The position numbers were made by a program, and so were the translations under genes. Of a DNA stretch of 64,000 nucleotides, positions 8,850 to 17,282 are shown piece by piece. The notes under the pieces are model-generated. The model made no database searches and was not told the origin of the DNA. It worked only from the letters and a program-made list of their open reading frames with translations. Within the stretch, counting starts at the first letter, position 1. Every line of letters begins with the position of its first letter. Origin of the DNA: Candidatus Altiarchaeota archaeon (GTDB lineage Archaea; Altiarchaeota; Altiarchaeia; IMC4; SCGC-AAA252-I15); NCBI GenBank assembly GCA_043813075.1, contig JBDRLL010000020.1:1-64000 (forward strand). The letters are read 5' to 3'.

Positions 8850-9422
8850 TTAGTTGTGGACTACCTTCAGCATGTCTGCGTTGGTTATTATCCCAATAGT
8901 GTTTCCCTTGTTCTGGACTACCACCGCAGTATTGTTCTCCAATATCGCTGATATGGTGTTCAGTGGCGTCTCCGGGCTTACGGTTGGGAATCCGTCTTCC
9001 ATATAGCTTTTCGCAGGCTCTCTGGAAAAATTTTTCGCGTCAACACCCTTAGATATCTGCCCCAGTATCGCCCTCTCTGATATGGATCCGACAATCTTGT
9101 CGTCGTCTATCACCGGCACCTGCGAGACCCCGTAATGCTTCATTTTTTCAGCCACCGACTCTATGGTGTTCAGGGCGTCGACCATCACAACATCCCTTGT
9201 CATTATGTCCTTGGCTAGGACCTCGCCCCCCTTCTGCCTTTCAGTGAGCTCTCCGAGAGTATCAAAGATTTTGACTATGTTACTGTATCTCGGGTCTACT
9301 GTACCTGATTCTATCCTTGCTATCAGCGACTGGCTTATGCCTGATTTTTCCGCCAGTTCGCTCTGAGTTAGGCTAAGCCGCTTCCTCTGTTTTTTTACCT
9401 CACTAAGTCCAGGCAAATCCAT
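8850..9422 (-). CDS. XRE-type HTH transcriptional regulator with a CBS domain pair (COG3620-like)
   Basis: RKRLSLTQSELAEKSGISQSLIARIESGTVDP HTH, followed by AKDIMT...SQVPV...VGSIS and IGIITNAD CBS motifs. Confidence 0.92.
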   Translation of the reverse strand: MDLPGLSEVKKQRKRLSLTQSELAEKSGISQSLIARIESGTVDPRYSNIVKIFDTLGELTERQKGGEVLAKDIMTRDVVMVDALNTIESVAEKMKHYGVSQVPVIDDDKIVGSISERAILGQISKGVDAKNFSREPAKSYMEDGFPTVSPETPLNTISAILENNTAVVVQNKGNTIGIITNADMLKVVHN

Positions 9423-9483
9423 TTTATTCTATTATGCATAAAACTATACTATTTATATTTAAAAAGGAATAATTATTGCTATC
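9423..9483. promoter_or_regulatory. Divergent promoter region with two palindromes
   Basis: TTATGCATAA (9432-9441), TATA-like TTTATATTT (9452-9460) and AATAATTATT (9468-9477). Confidence 0.5.
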
Positions 9484-10980
9484 ATGAAGTCAATCGCCGA
9501 AATAAACGAGAAAATACGCCGGGGAGAGGCGGTGATAGTCAGGGCCGACGAGATGCCTGAAATCGTATCCAAAAAAGGCCCTGAAAAAGCGGCAGAAAAA
9601 GTGGACGTAGTCACAACCGGAACATTTGGGGCGATGTGCAGTTCCGGCGCATTCCTGAATCTCGGCCACTCAGACCCACCAATCAAGATACAAAAGGCAT
9701 GGCTCAATGACGTTGAAGCATACGCTGGCCTTGCGGCAGTAGACCTGTATGTTGGTGCGACAGAACTGAGCACTGAGAAAGGCATGGACTATGGTGGGGG
9801 GCATGTAATCGAAGACCTCGTAGCTGGGAGGTCGGTGGATGTGAAGGCAAAGTCGTATGGGACGGACTGCTATCCCGCGAAATACCTTGAGACTACTATA
9901 ACTCTGGACGATGTCAACCAGGCAATGCTATTCAATCCGCGGAACAACTACCAGCGTTATAACGCTGCCGCGAACACCAGTGAACGCACGCTATACACTT
10001 ACATGGGCACCCTGCTCCCCAACATGCGGAACATAAATTATGCTGGCACGGGTGAGATAAGCCCTCTCAACAATGATCCAGAATACCTTACCATAGGGAC
10101 GGGCACTAGGATTTTCCTGGGGGGAGCCCAGGGGTATGTCATATCAGAGGGGACGCAGCATTCTCCAAAAACAGGCTTCGGCACAATAGCTGTCTCAGGG
10201 GACCTTAAAGAGATGTCCGCAAAATACCTGCGGGGCGTGTCGATGAAGCAGTACGGAACCTCACTCCTGGTTGGGATAGGCGTACCAATACCCGTCCTAA
10301 ATCCGAAGATAGCGAAATGCACGGCCATACAAAATCCAGACATACGCACAAACATCCTGGACTACAGCGTACCCCGGAGGACAAGACCTGTCCTGAAGAA
10401 TGTGTCATATGACGAGCTCATCTCAGGCAAAGTCTCAATCGGGGACAAGACTGTGAAGACCGCTTCGATGTCCAGCTTCAGGATATCATACGAGATAATG
10501 GAGAAGATGAGGGAATGGATGGAGGCAAAGGAATTCTACCTTACTGAGCCGGTACGGAGGCTGCCCCGCGACACGGTATTCAATCCGATGAGGCAGAAGA
10601 AGAAATCAACTACTGTCGGCAAGCTCATGAGCAAGCCGGTGATAACAGTAAACGTTAAGAGCAAGCTTAATGCAGTATCCCTCGTACTCGTTGAGAACAA
10701 CATAGACCAGGTACCAGTGATCGATGACGATGGCAGGCTGGTGGGCATAGTGACTGCATGGGACATAACAAAGGCTACTGCCGAAAACAGGAGGAAGCTG
10801 AGTGAAGTGATGACTTCGAATGTTATCATGTCCAAGGAAGGCGAGTTCATAGACGAGGTATCACGCAGGCTTGAGAAACACAAGATAAACTCAACACCCA
10901 TTGTCGACGATGAGCGCAGAGTCATCGGCATCATCACGTTGAGTGACATAAACAAGGCCTACAGGGGGTTGAACAAATGA
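9484..10980 (+). CDS. Homocysteine biosynthesis protein / L-aspartate-semialdehyde sulfurtransferase (DUF39 + CBS pair, MJ0100/MA1821 family)
   Basis: KSIAEINEKI, VDVVTTGTFGAMCSSGAF, YGGGHVIEDL, YGTDCYP, NPRNNYQ, and C-terminal CBS domains. Confidence 0.92.
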   Translation: MKSIAEINEKIRRGEAVIVRADEMPEIVSKKGPEKAAEKVDVVTTGTFGAMCSSGAFLNLGHSDPPIKIQKAWLNDVEAYAGLAAVDLYVGATELSTEKGMDYGGGHVIEDLVAGRSVDVKAKSYGTDCYPAKYLETTITLDDVNQAMLFNPRNNYQRYNAAANTSERTLYTYMGTLLPNMRNINYAGTGEISPLNNDPEYLTIGTGTRIFLGGAQGYVISEGTQHSPKTGFGTIAVSGDLKEMSAKYLRGVSMKQYGTSLLVGIGVPIPVLNPKIAKCTAIQNPDIRTNILDYSVPRRTRPVLKNVSYDELISGKVSIGDKTVKTASMSSFRISYEIMEKMREWMEAKEFYLTEPVRRLPRDTVFNPMRQKKKSTTVGKLMSKPVITVNVKSKLNAVSLVLVENNIDQVPVIDDDGRLVGIVTAWDITKATAENRRKLSEVMTSNVIMSKEGEFIDEVSRRLEKHKINSTPIVDDERRVIGIITLSDINKAYRGLNK

Positions 10981-11372
10981 AATACGTGATCAAGTACTCG
11001 CCGGAGAATACGAAAGAGCCGGTGCTGGCTGACGCGATACTAAGCACGAAAGTAAAGGTGAACATACTCACAGCAAGGCTAGACAGCGAGGAAGGCGTTA
11101 TGATACTCGAGGTCCTCGGAGACTCGAAGGATGCAAGAAAGATAGTGTCACACCTGAGGAAGCATGGTCTCCTCGTCGAGAAACTCGATGGCAATGTACT
11201 CAAGGATGATGATTGTTGCGTCGACTGTGGATTGTGCGTCGGCGTCTGCCCGACGGACGCCATCATCATGCACGATAAGCTAATGGAGTTGGACAATAGG
11301 AAATGCATCCTCTGTAGGGCTTGCGTTGAAGTTTGTCCCGTTAAGGCGCTTTCAATCCGTGAAGGCATATGA
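10977..11372 (+). CDS. NIL domain plus 2x[4Fe-4S] ferredoxin (MA1822/MJ0099-like partner subunit)
   Basis: KVNILTA NIL motif, CVDCGLCVGVCP and CILCRACVEVCP. ATGA overlap with the DUF39 gene. Confidence 0.9.
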   Translation: MKYVIKYSPENTKEPVLADAILSTKVKVNILTARLDSEEGVMILEVLGDSKDARKIVSHLRKHGLLVEKLDGNVLKDDDCCVDCGLCVGVCPTDAIIMHDKLMELDNRKCILCRACVEVCPVKALSIREGI

Positions 11373-12043
11373 AATGGTCTGTCGCATACGGTGAAACCGT
11401 ACTGAACATAGAGTGTGATACTGACCTTCGCTCAGAAGTGCTGGACGAAGTTGTGGCGAACTACACCCAACTACTCAACCACATCCATAAGAACCCGTTG
11501 TTCCTGTCGTCATATGAACCAATCGAAGCCAGTGAAGATGACCCAGGGATAGTCCGGATGATGTGCGATGCCTCAGCAAGATGCGGTGTCGGGCCGATGG
11601 CTGCCGTGGCAGGAACATTCTCAGAGATTGTCGGCAGAAAAATACATGAATCCACTTCAGAATACATCGTGGATAACGGGGGAGACATCTACATGAGCAC
11701 TGGCATGGAAAAAGTCGTCGGCGTGCACACGCCATCGGAAAGATTCTCCGACAAGATACGGTTTCTAATCGACTCAAGTGAAACGCCTCTAGGCATATGC
11801 TCCAGCTCATCAAAGATCGGCCATTCAGTGAGCATGGGAAGCGCGGATACTGTTGTCGCCTTCTCAGATTCAGCTGCTGTGGCAGACGCGGCGGCAACGG
11901 CAATAGCGAACAGCGTCAAAGGCCCTGATTCACTAGGGAGCTGCATATCACAGGCATCATGCATCAGAGGCCTTAGGGGAATACTCATCATCGTGGGCGA
12001 CGAGATGGGTGCGTACGGCAGATTGCCTAAAATCGTAGGATAA
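11369..12043 (+). CDS. UPF0280 / COG2122 ApbE-like protein (sulfide assimilation family)
   Basis: VGPMAAVAG, VDNGGDI, GICSSSSKIGHSVSMG and ADAAATAIAN. Confidence 0.9.
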   Translation: MKWSVAYGETVLNIECDTDLRSEVLDEVVANYTQLLNHIHKNPLFLSSYEPIEASEDDPGIVRMMCDASARCGVGPMAAVAGTFSEIVGRKIHESTSEYIVDNGGDIYMSTGMEKVVGVHTPSERFSDKIRFLIDSSETPLGICSSSSKIGHSVSMGSADTVVAFSDSAAVADAAATAIANSVKGPDSLGSCISQASCIRGLRGILIIVGDEMGAYGRLPKIVG

Positions 12044-12061
12044 AGGAGTATTTGTATAATA

Positions 12062-12090
12062 TATAATATAATCATATCAATTATATTATA
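12062..12090. promoter_or_regulatory. 11-bp perfect inverted repeat directly upstream of the giant-gene pair; candidate promoter or operator
   Basis: TATAATATAAT-catatca-ATTATATTATA, ending 2 nt before ATG 12093. Confidence 0.45.
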
Positions 12091-12092
12091 AT

Positions 12093-15000
12093 ATGGTTTC
12101 CCGTTCAAGGCCACGGAAAATCTTACTTCTACTAGCATTTCTGCTATCTCTGGCACTGGTCTTACAGTCAGTATCCGCTGCCCCATCTCCTGACCCTGAC
12201 AAGGGAAAGGCAAGCGACTCGGACGATTTCACAAGGGCTTTTGACGAAGACCTGACACTCAAGTCGTTCGACAACCTGAAGGTGTATAACGGCACATTCA
12301 TGCTGCTACTCCAGGCGCCGGACAACATGACATTCAACCTCAACCATCCTGCAGTTAAAATCCTCGGGAAGCCGATCATGTCCGTAATAATCCCCATATG
12401 GGAATTCCTCATCGCCCTCGTCGGCATATACTACGTTTGGGGCGGGCTTTCCCCAGCGTCAAGGGCTCAGGCAAAGAACATGATGACAAAGCTGATACTC
12501 GGCCTAATATGCTGCAGCCTGGCTTATCCGATATTCAACCTTTTCCTTGACCTGGAGAGGTTTGCGCTAATCAACGTCCTAAGTGCGGGCGGCATCGTGC
12601 CAGACAGCTGGGACCCGTTCACCTCCACGCCTGCATGGGCTGTCGGGACAATCGGTCTCATAAGCTCGATAATAGGTTTGCTGACCTTCGGTTACGGGAT
12701 AGTCCTGTTGTGTCCCACATACTGTGCTCTAATCTCCATGTGGATAATGCCCTACATGATACTCGGCATGCGCAACATAATAGTCCTCGTACTAGGACTG
12801 TTCTTCCCCATCACCATACTCCTACTATCATTCGACTTCACCAAGGGTCTGGGCAACAAGCTGTTGCACATGAGCCTAGTATGGATTTTCGTACCAGTCT
12901 CGATGGCGGTGATGATAGTGCTTGTGGAAGTCCTCTCGCAGACTCCATGCACAACAGGCGTCGACTGCCTTCCACTCGGCCTCGCCACGCTTGCAGCATG
13001 GCTTCTCGTGGCCGCAGCCCCGATGATGATGACCAGCCTGATGGGCGCGGCCGGCGGACTCTTCATCTCCGCCGGGAGGACTACCGGAAATCCGCGTCTC
13101 ATATTCATGGGCGGCGTCATGCGCGGGCAGGGAGCGCAGGCTTTGACCGAGACCGCATACTACAGTCAGATAAGGGAGACGAGGGTGCAGGGCCCGAGGC
13201 CAGTCGCCGGAGACTATGCGAAGGCTGGTTCTGCTGGCCTCAATTCTCCCGACGGTTATGGTGCTCCGCCTCCCGCCTACCTGATTCGTCCGCCGATGGC
13301 TACCGGTAATGCGGGCGCTGGCGGCGGTTCTAGTGGCGGCGGCGCTGGCGGCGGTAAAGGAGGCAAGGGCGCTGGCGGCTCTGGCGGCAAGTCGGCTGGC
13401 GGCCCCGGTGGCGTTGTCACAGGGAGGACGGCTCCAGGATACGAGGGCTACGCTCACAGCAACCTGGCGCGGACTCGCGCGACCGCATGGCTTGCGAAAT
13501 ACGATACTCACGGCGTGTGGGACAGGGGCATATCAGTTGGAGAGCGGTTAAAGCGTTCCATATTCGGGATGGCCGCCGCCGGCGGATTAAGTCTTGAGAA
13601 CATCTCGGCAAGCCAGTACTACCGGCAGAGGGCTGAGGCATTATGGGGTCAGGGTGCTGCCGGCAAGGCGATGGCGGTTGCGTACGGACTCCGCGCTTTG
13701 GGCCATAACCTTGTCGTAACGCCGATGATGTATGGCGTCGGCGAGTTCACTAAGGGCGCTGTCCGATGGACTGTGGACACCCTGCCGATAGGCAAGAGTC
13801 TTATGCATGTGGCAAACCGGATGACTGGAATGTATGAGACGAAGAAGGTTATGGGTGACGACGGGAAGGAACGGGAGGTCGCAGTCTTCAACTACGGGTG
13901 GCAGAGTCACAGGGGCGTAGTCCGCGACCTTGGTAAGAACATCTACAGCCAGGCCCAGAAGGATGACGAGCGGAGGGCTAGGGGCGAGATGGTGTTGGGT
14001 GTTGAAGGCAGGTACGCTATCGGCGCGGCAGTGGGCGTCGGAATCGCCGCGGCATTCTTCGTGCCTTCCGTCGGACTCTCAGTGCCCATGATGGCTGCTG
14101 TCGGTGGCTTCATGTACGCGAGGATGATGAAGGCTGTCGGCAGGGAGATTACGCTGGCGGAGAATAACAAGGAGGCTTTGGACACGTACGATAAGGCTGA
14201 AAAGGATCACAGCAACTGGACTGCCAAGGGTGGTTTGTTCGACAGGATGGCTGCAGCCAAGTCCAGCTCAGACCACACTACCCTAAGGGACCAGGTGTGG
14301 GGTGACCTCACAATGCCTGAGAAGCAGAGCTTCGGCTACAATCCAGGCGACCCGTCCACAGAGGAGGCTGCCAAGAAAAAAGCCTACGACCACTATATGC
14401 CGGCTGCTAAAGTCAAGGACAACGTTTGGGGTGCGATGACCATGGGCGAGAAGATAACGATGGTTTCCGGCGCCAGGACCGGGTCGCGCGCGGGCATGAC
14501 TGTGGGAGACCAGGTGAGGCGCGCCACCGTGAGCGCGACCGCGGAGCAGAGCTTCTTCCCCTACCAGAACCTACTTGAAAGGGAGGCTAAGAGGATGGGC
14601 ATCAGCACTGCCGACGCGGAGGACAATGCGAAGAGGCATGCGTTGGACCGGGTCCGCAGGTCACGGCAGACCAAGATGTTCGGCCTCGCGACTACAACTG
14701 ACCTGGAGCGTGGGGGTAAGACGGTGGCTCCCGATATGATGAGCTTCAATGCGGCAAGATCCACACTCAAGTCTGTGGGCGTCGCATTCACGGACTTGAG
14801 CAAGGCAGAGCAGAAACGCTTCGTCGACGAGCGGGTGGCGAGCACCGGAGAGTCCGAGGATGTTGCCAGGAAGAAACTGGAGGGCACTCGGGTCGACTTC
14901 GACAAGCTATCCTCCTCCGACGAGCAGTATACTGTCATATCCAAGAAGCAGAGGGAGGGTCTCAGCCAGTCTGACGCCGAAGCTGTCGCAAAGTCTGGCA

Positions 15001-17276
15001 GCAGAGGGAGCGGCAGGATAGACTTCCGTTCACTAGACAAGGAGACGCGGGACCGCATCATAAGCCAGGAAGTCAAGGACAATCCCGGCTTGAGCAGGGA
15101 TGCGGCAGCCAAGTCACTATACTCAAGTGGCGTTGAATTCAGCAGGCTTACAGAGGCCGAGCAGGCTGAGATGGTGCAGGACATTCAGAGGCGCGGCCGC
15201 ATGAAGACTTCTAGCGAACGCTGGGTTGAGGAGCATTCCGGCGCCATAGTAACTGGCGTCGCATTGACCGCCCTAGCAGTCCCAATAGCCCTTGGCGCAG
15301 GTCTTCCACTGCTTCCGTCAGCTATTGCCGGTGTTGGAGTGTGGGCTTCCACAACCAAGCCTGCCCAATGGATGAGCAGGAAAGGCGCGGCTGGCACAAG
15401 CTTCGGGGTCAAGCTGCTTCTAGCGTCCGCACTGCCTGGAGGCGCGATAGTCTACCCACTATACGAGGTGTTCAGGCACGGCCAGAAGGCCGGGGCTGAG
15501 AGGGCTCGGAGACGCGCGACCGGGGAGAAGACTGCCACTGAACAGTGGGCTGAGTCGCATCCACGTTTGAGCCGTACCTTGAGGAATGTTGGGGTGGCTG
15601 GCGCAATCGCGTCAGGTTTGGGCGCGTTCATATACGGTGCTCACCGTGCCGGACAGTATTTCGGGGAGCGCGAGGAAACCAGGAAGCTGACGCGGATGGC
15701 TGAATCGCTGAAGTCAGGCCAGTTCGGCATAGGCCGGTTGAATGACGAGACAGCCAACAGGGTGGCGCGAAAGCTCATAGAGTCTGGGGTAGACACTCCA
15801 ATGCACCTGGCGAACATGAACCCCGGAGAATTAAGTGCAACTCTGGCAAATGCTGGATTGAGTGTCGGGGGTGTTGACGCGTCCCAAGTAAGGGCTGCTT
15901 TCCCCAGGTTGATGGCTGCCAGCACTGAGGATGAGAGGCTCAGGGTGTGGGAGAGTCTAGGATTGTCAACTCCTCAGGCAAGACAACTAACCGACTCATC
16001 ATGGCTCAGAAGCCAGAACAACATAGAAGACGCCTTAGAAGCTGAGAGGAGGGGGGGGTTGGATCCGGCTATCGCCGACAAGATAATCTACGAGGAGATG
16101 CAGAAGGCTGGCGTGCAACGCAGCCTCGGTCATTGGGATGCTACTAATGCTGCTAAGGCAGGCCGAGGTTTCAGCGGCCTCGACAGCAAGGGCAATCTAG
16201 TGTCGTTCACTAAGGAGGAGGCTGCTGACATGGCGAAGCAGGAGCCTGACGAGATAGACAAGAGGATCAAGGCCAAGGCAAGCGAGAGAGACCCTGACGC
16301 CACTACCGTGATGCGTGATGAAGTATTGGACCAGATACATGACGGAGCTATCTCCCAATCCAAGACAATGGACCCCACGTTCACTCACGTCACGGAAGCC
16401 CATGAACTCCTAGGGCTAGATGAGTCCGGACTACTCCAACAGTATGGGATACAGCATATGGGCCAGCTGGCTGAGACATCCACCCACAAGCTGGAGCAGA
16501 TATTCCGTTCCGCAGGCTATGAGGAAAAGTGGGGTATAAGACGGGACGACGACGGCAATCCTGTGCTCGACTCCTCAGGCAACACCCAGCGGGACCCGGA
16601 TGAATTCAGGCGGACTGTCCGCGACATACGGGACAACGCGAGCGTTCTATCAGGCCACGGCAGCGTCGACGACATAAAAGGTGTGGACGAAAACATATCA
16701 AGGGGACTGCAGGACCGGGGATACGACACCACAGGCGACATAACCTTCGCGAGGAGGGGTCAGATGATAGAGTCCGGGATAATAGAGCATGCTGAGGCTG
16801 ACGTCATCCGCAGGAACGCTAAGAGGCTTTCAGAGGAGGGGCACACCGCATTAGACGACCGGATGTTCCAGGGAACAAGGCTCACCGCCTCAGAGCAGTC
16901 GTCTGTGATCAGGTCACTGAACTCCAGGGGTATAACCGATACGAGTCAGGTGGCGTCTGCCGCACGCGGAGACCTAACCGACTCAGGCCTGGGAAGCCAG
17001 TCTGAGATGCAGTTAATCCGCAGGAACGCTTCAAACCTTGCGCGCCAGGGGTATGAGCGGCTGGATGCCCGCGTGTTCACCGGCACCAAGCTTGAGGGTG
17101 ATGCCGGAGCACAGGCCGGGATACTCAGGAGGTTGCAGAGGCACAAGGGTGTTACCACGACGTCCGAGCTTGCTGAGGCGTCAATGAGGGATATCCTGGG
17201 GGTGTCTGGGATAAACGAGTCTAACGTTGGTCGAATACAGAAAGAGGCTGCGAAAGTGTATGCGGAGAGCGAATGA
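12093..17276 (+). CDS. Giant membrane protein A (1727 aa): signal peptide, VirB6/TrbL-like multi-TM domain, Gly linker, helical repeats and a C-terminal helix-hairpin-helix array
   Basis: Signal peptide ending VSA; about 6-8 TM helices with IYY...SPASRAQAKNM..KLILG; HhH-like units such as DIKGVDENISRGLQDRGYDT and ILGVSGINESNVGRI. Confidence 0.75.
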   Translation: MVSRSRPRKILLLLAFLLSLALVLQSVSAAPSPDPDKGKASDSDDFTRAFDEDLTLKSFDNLKVYNGTFMLLLQAPDNMTFNLNHPAVKILGKPIMSVIIPIWEFLIALVGIYYVWGGLSPASRAQAKNMMTKLILGLICCSLAYPIFNLFLDLERFALINVLSAGGIVPDSWDPFTSTPAWAVGTIGLISSIIGLLTFGYGIVLLCPTYCALISMWIMPYMILGMRNIIVLVLGLFFPITILLLSFDFTKGLGNKLLHMSLVWIFVPVSMAVMIVLVEVLSQTPCTTGVDCLPLGLATLAAWLLVAAAPMMMTSLMGAAGGLFISAGRTTGNPRLIFMGGVMRGQGAQALTETAYYSQIRETRVQGPRPVAGDYAKAGSAGLNSPDGYGAPPPAYLIRPPMATGNAGAGGGSSGGGAGGGKGGKGAGGSGGKSAGGPGGVVTGRTAPGYEGYAHSNLARTRATAWLAKYDTHGVWDRGISVGERLKRSIFGMAAAGGLSLENISASQYYRQRAEALWGQGAAGKAMAVAYGLRALGHNLVVTPMMYGVGEFTKGAVRWTVDTLPIGKSLMHVANRMTGMYETKKVMGDDGKEREVAVFNYGWQSHRGVVRDLGKNIYSQAQKDDERRARGEMVLGVEGRYAIGAAVGVGIAAAFFVPSVGLSVPMMAAVGGFMYARMMKAVGREITLAENNKEALDTYDKAEKDHSNWTAKGGLFDRMAAAKSSSDHTTLRDQVWGDLTMPEKQSFGYNPGDPSTEEAAKKKAYDHYMPAAKVKDNVWGAMTMGEKITMVSGARTGSRAGMTVGDQVRRATVSATAEQSFFPYQNLLEREAKRMGISTADAEDNAKRHALDRVRRSRQTKMFGLATTTDLERGGKTVAPDMMSFNAARSTLKSVGVAFTDLSKAEQKRFVDERVASTGESEDVARKKLEGTRVDFDKLSSSDEQYTVISKKQREGLSQSDAEAVAKSGSRGSGRIDFRSLDKETRDRIISQEVKDNPGLSRDAAAKSLYSSGVEFSRLTEAEQAEMVQDIQRRGRMKTSSERWVEEHSGAIVTGVALTALAVPIALGAGLPLLPSAIAGVGVWASTTKPAQWMSRKGAAGTSFGVKLLLASALPGGAIVYPLYEVFRHGQKAGAERARRRATGEKTATEQWAESHPRLSRTLRNVGVAGAIASGLGAFIYGAHRAGQYFGEREETRKLTRMAESLKSGQFGIGRLNDETANRVARKLIESGVDTPMHLANMNPGELSATLANAGLSVGGVDASQVRAAFPRLMAASTEDERLRVWESLGLSTPQARQLTDSSWLRSQNNIEDALEAERRGGLDPAIADKIIYEEMQKAGVQRSLGHWDATNAAKAGRGFSGLDSKGNLVSFTKEEAADMAKQEPDEIDKRIKAKASERDPDATTVMRDEVLDQIHDGAISQSKTMDPTFTHVTEAHELLGLDESGLLQQYGIQHMGQLAETSTHKLEQIFRSAGYEEKWGIRRDDDGNPVLDSSGNTQRDPDEFRRTVRDIRDNASVLSGHGSVDDIKGVDENISRGLQDRGYDTTGDITFARRGQMIESGIIEHAEADVIRRNAKRLSEEGHTALDDRMFQGTRLTASEQSSVIRSLNSRGITDTSQVASAARGDLTDSGLGSQSEMQLIRRNASNLARQGYERLDARVFTGTKLEGDAGAQAGILRRLQRHKGVTTTSELAEASMRDILGVSGINESNVGRIQKEAAKVYAESE

Positions 17277-17282
17277 AGTAGG

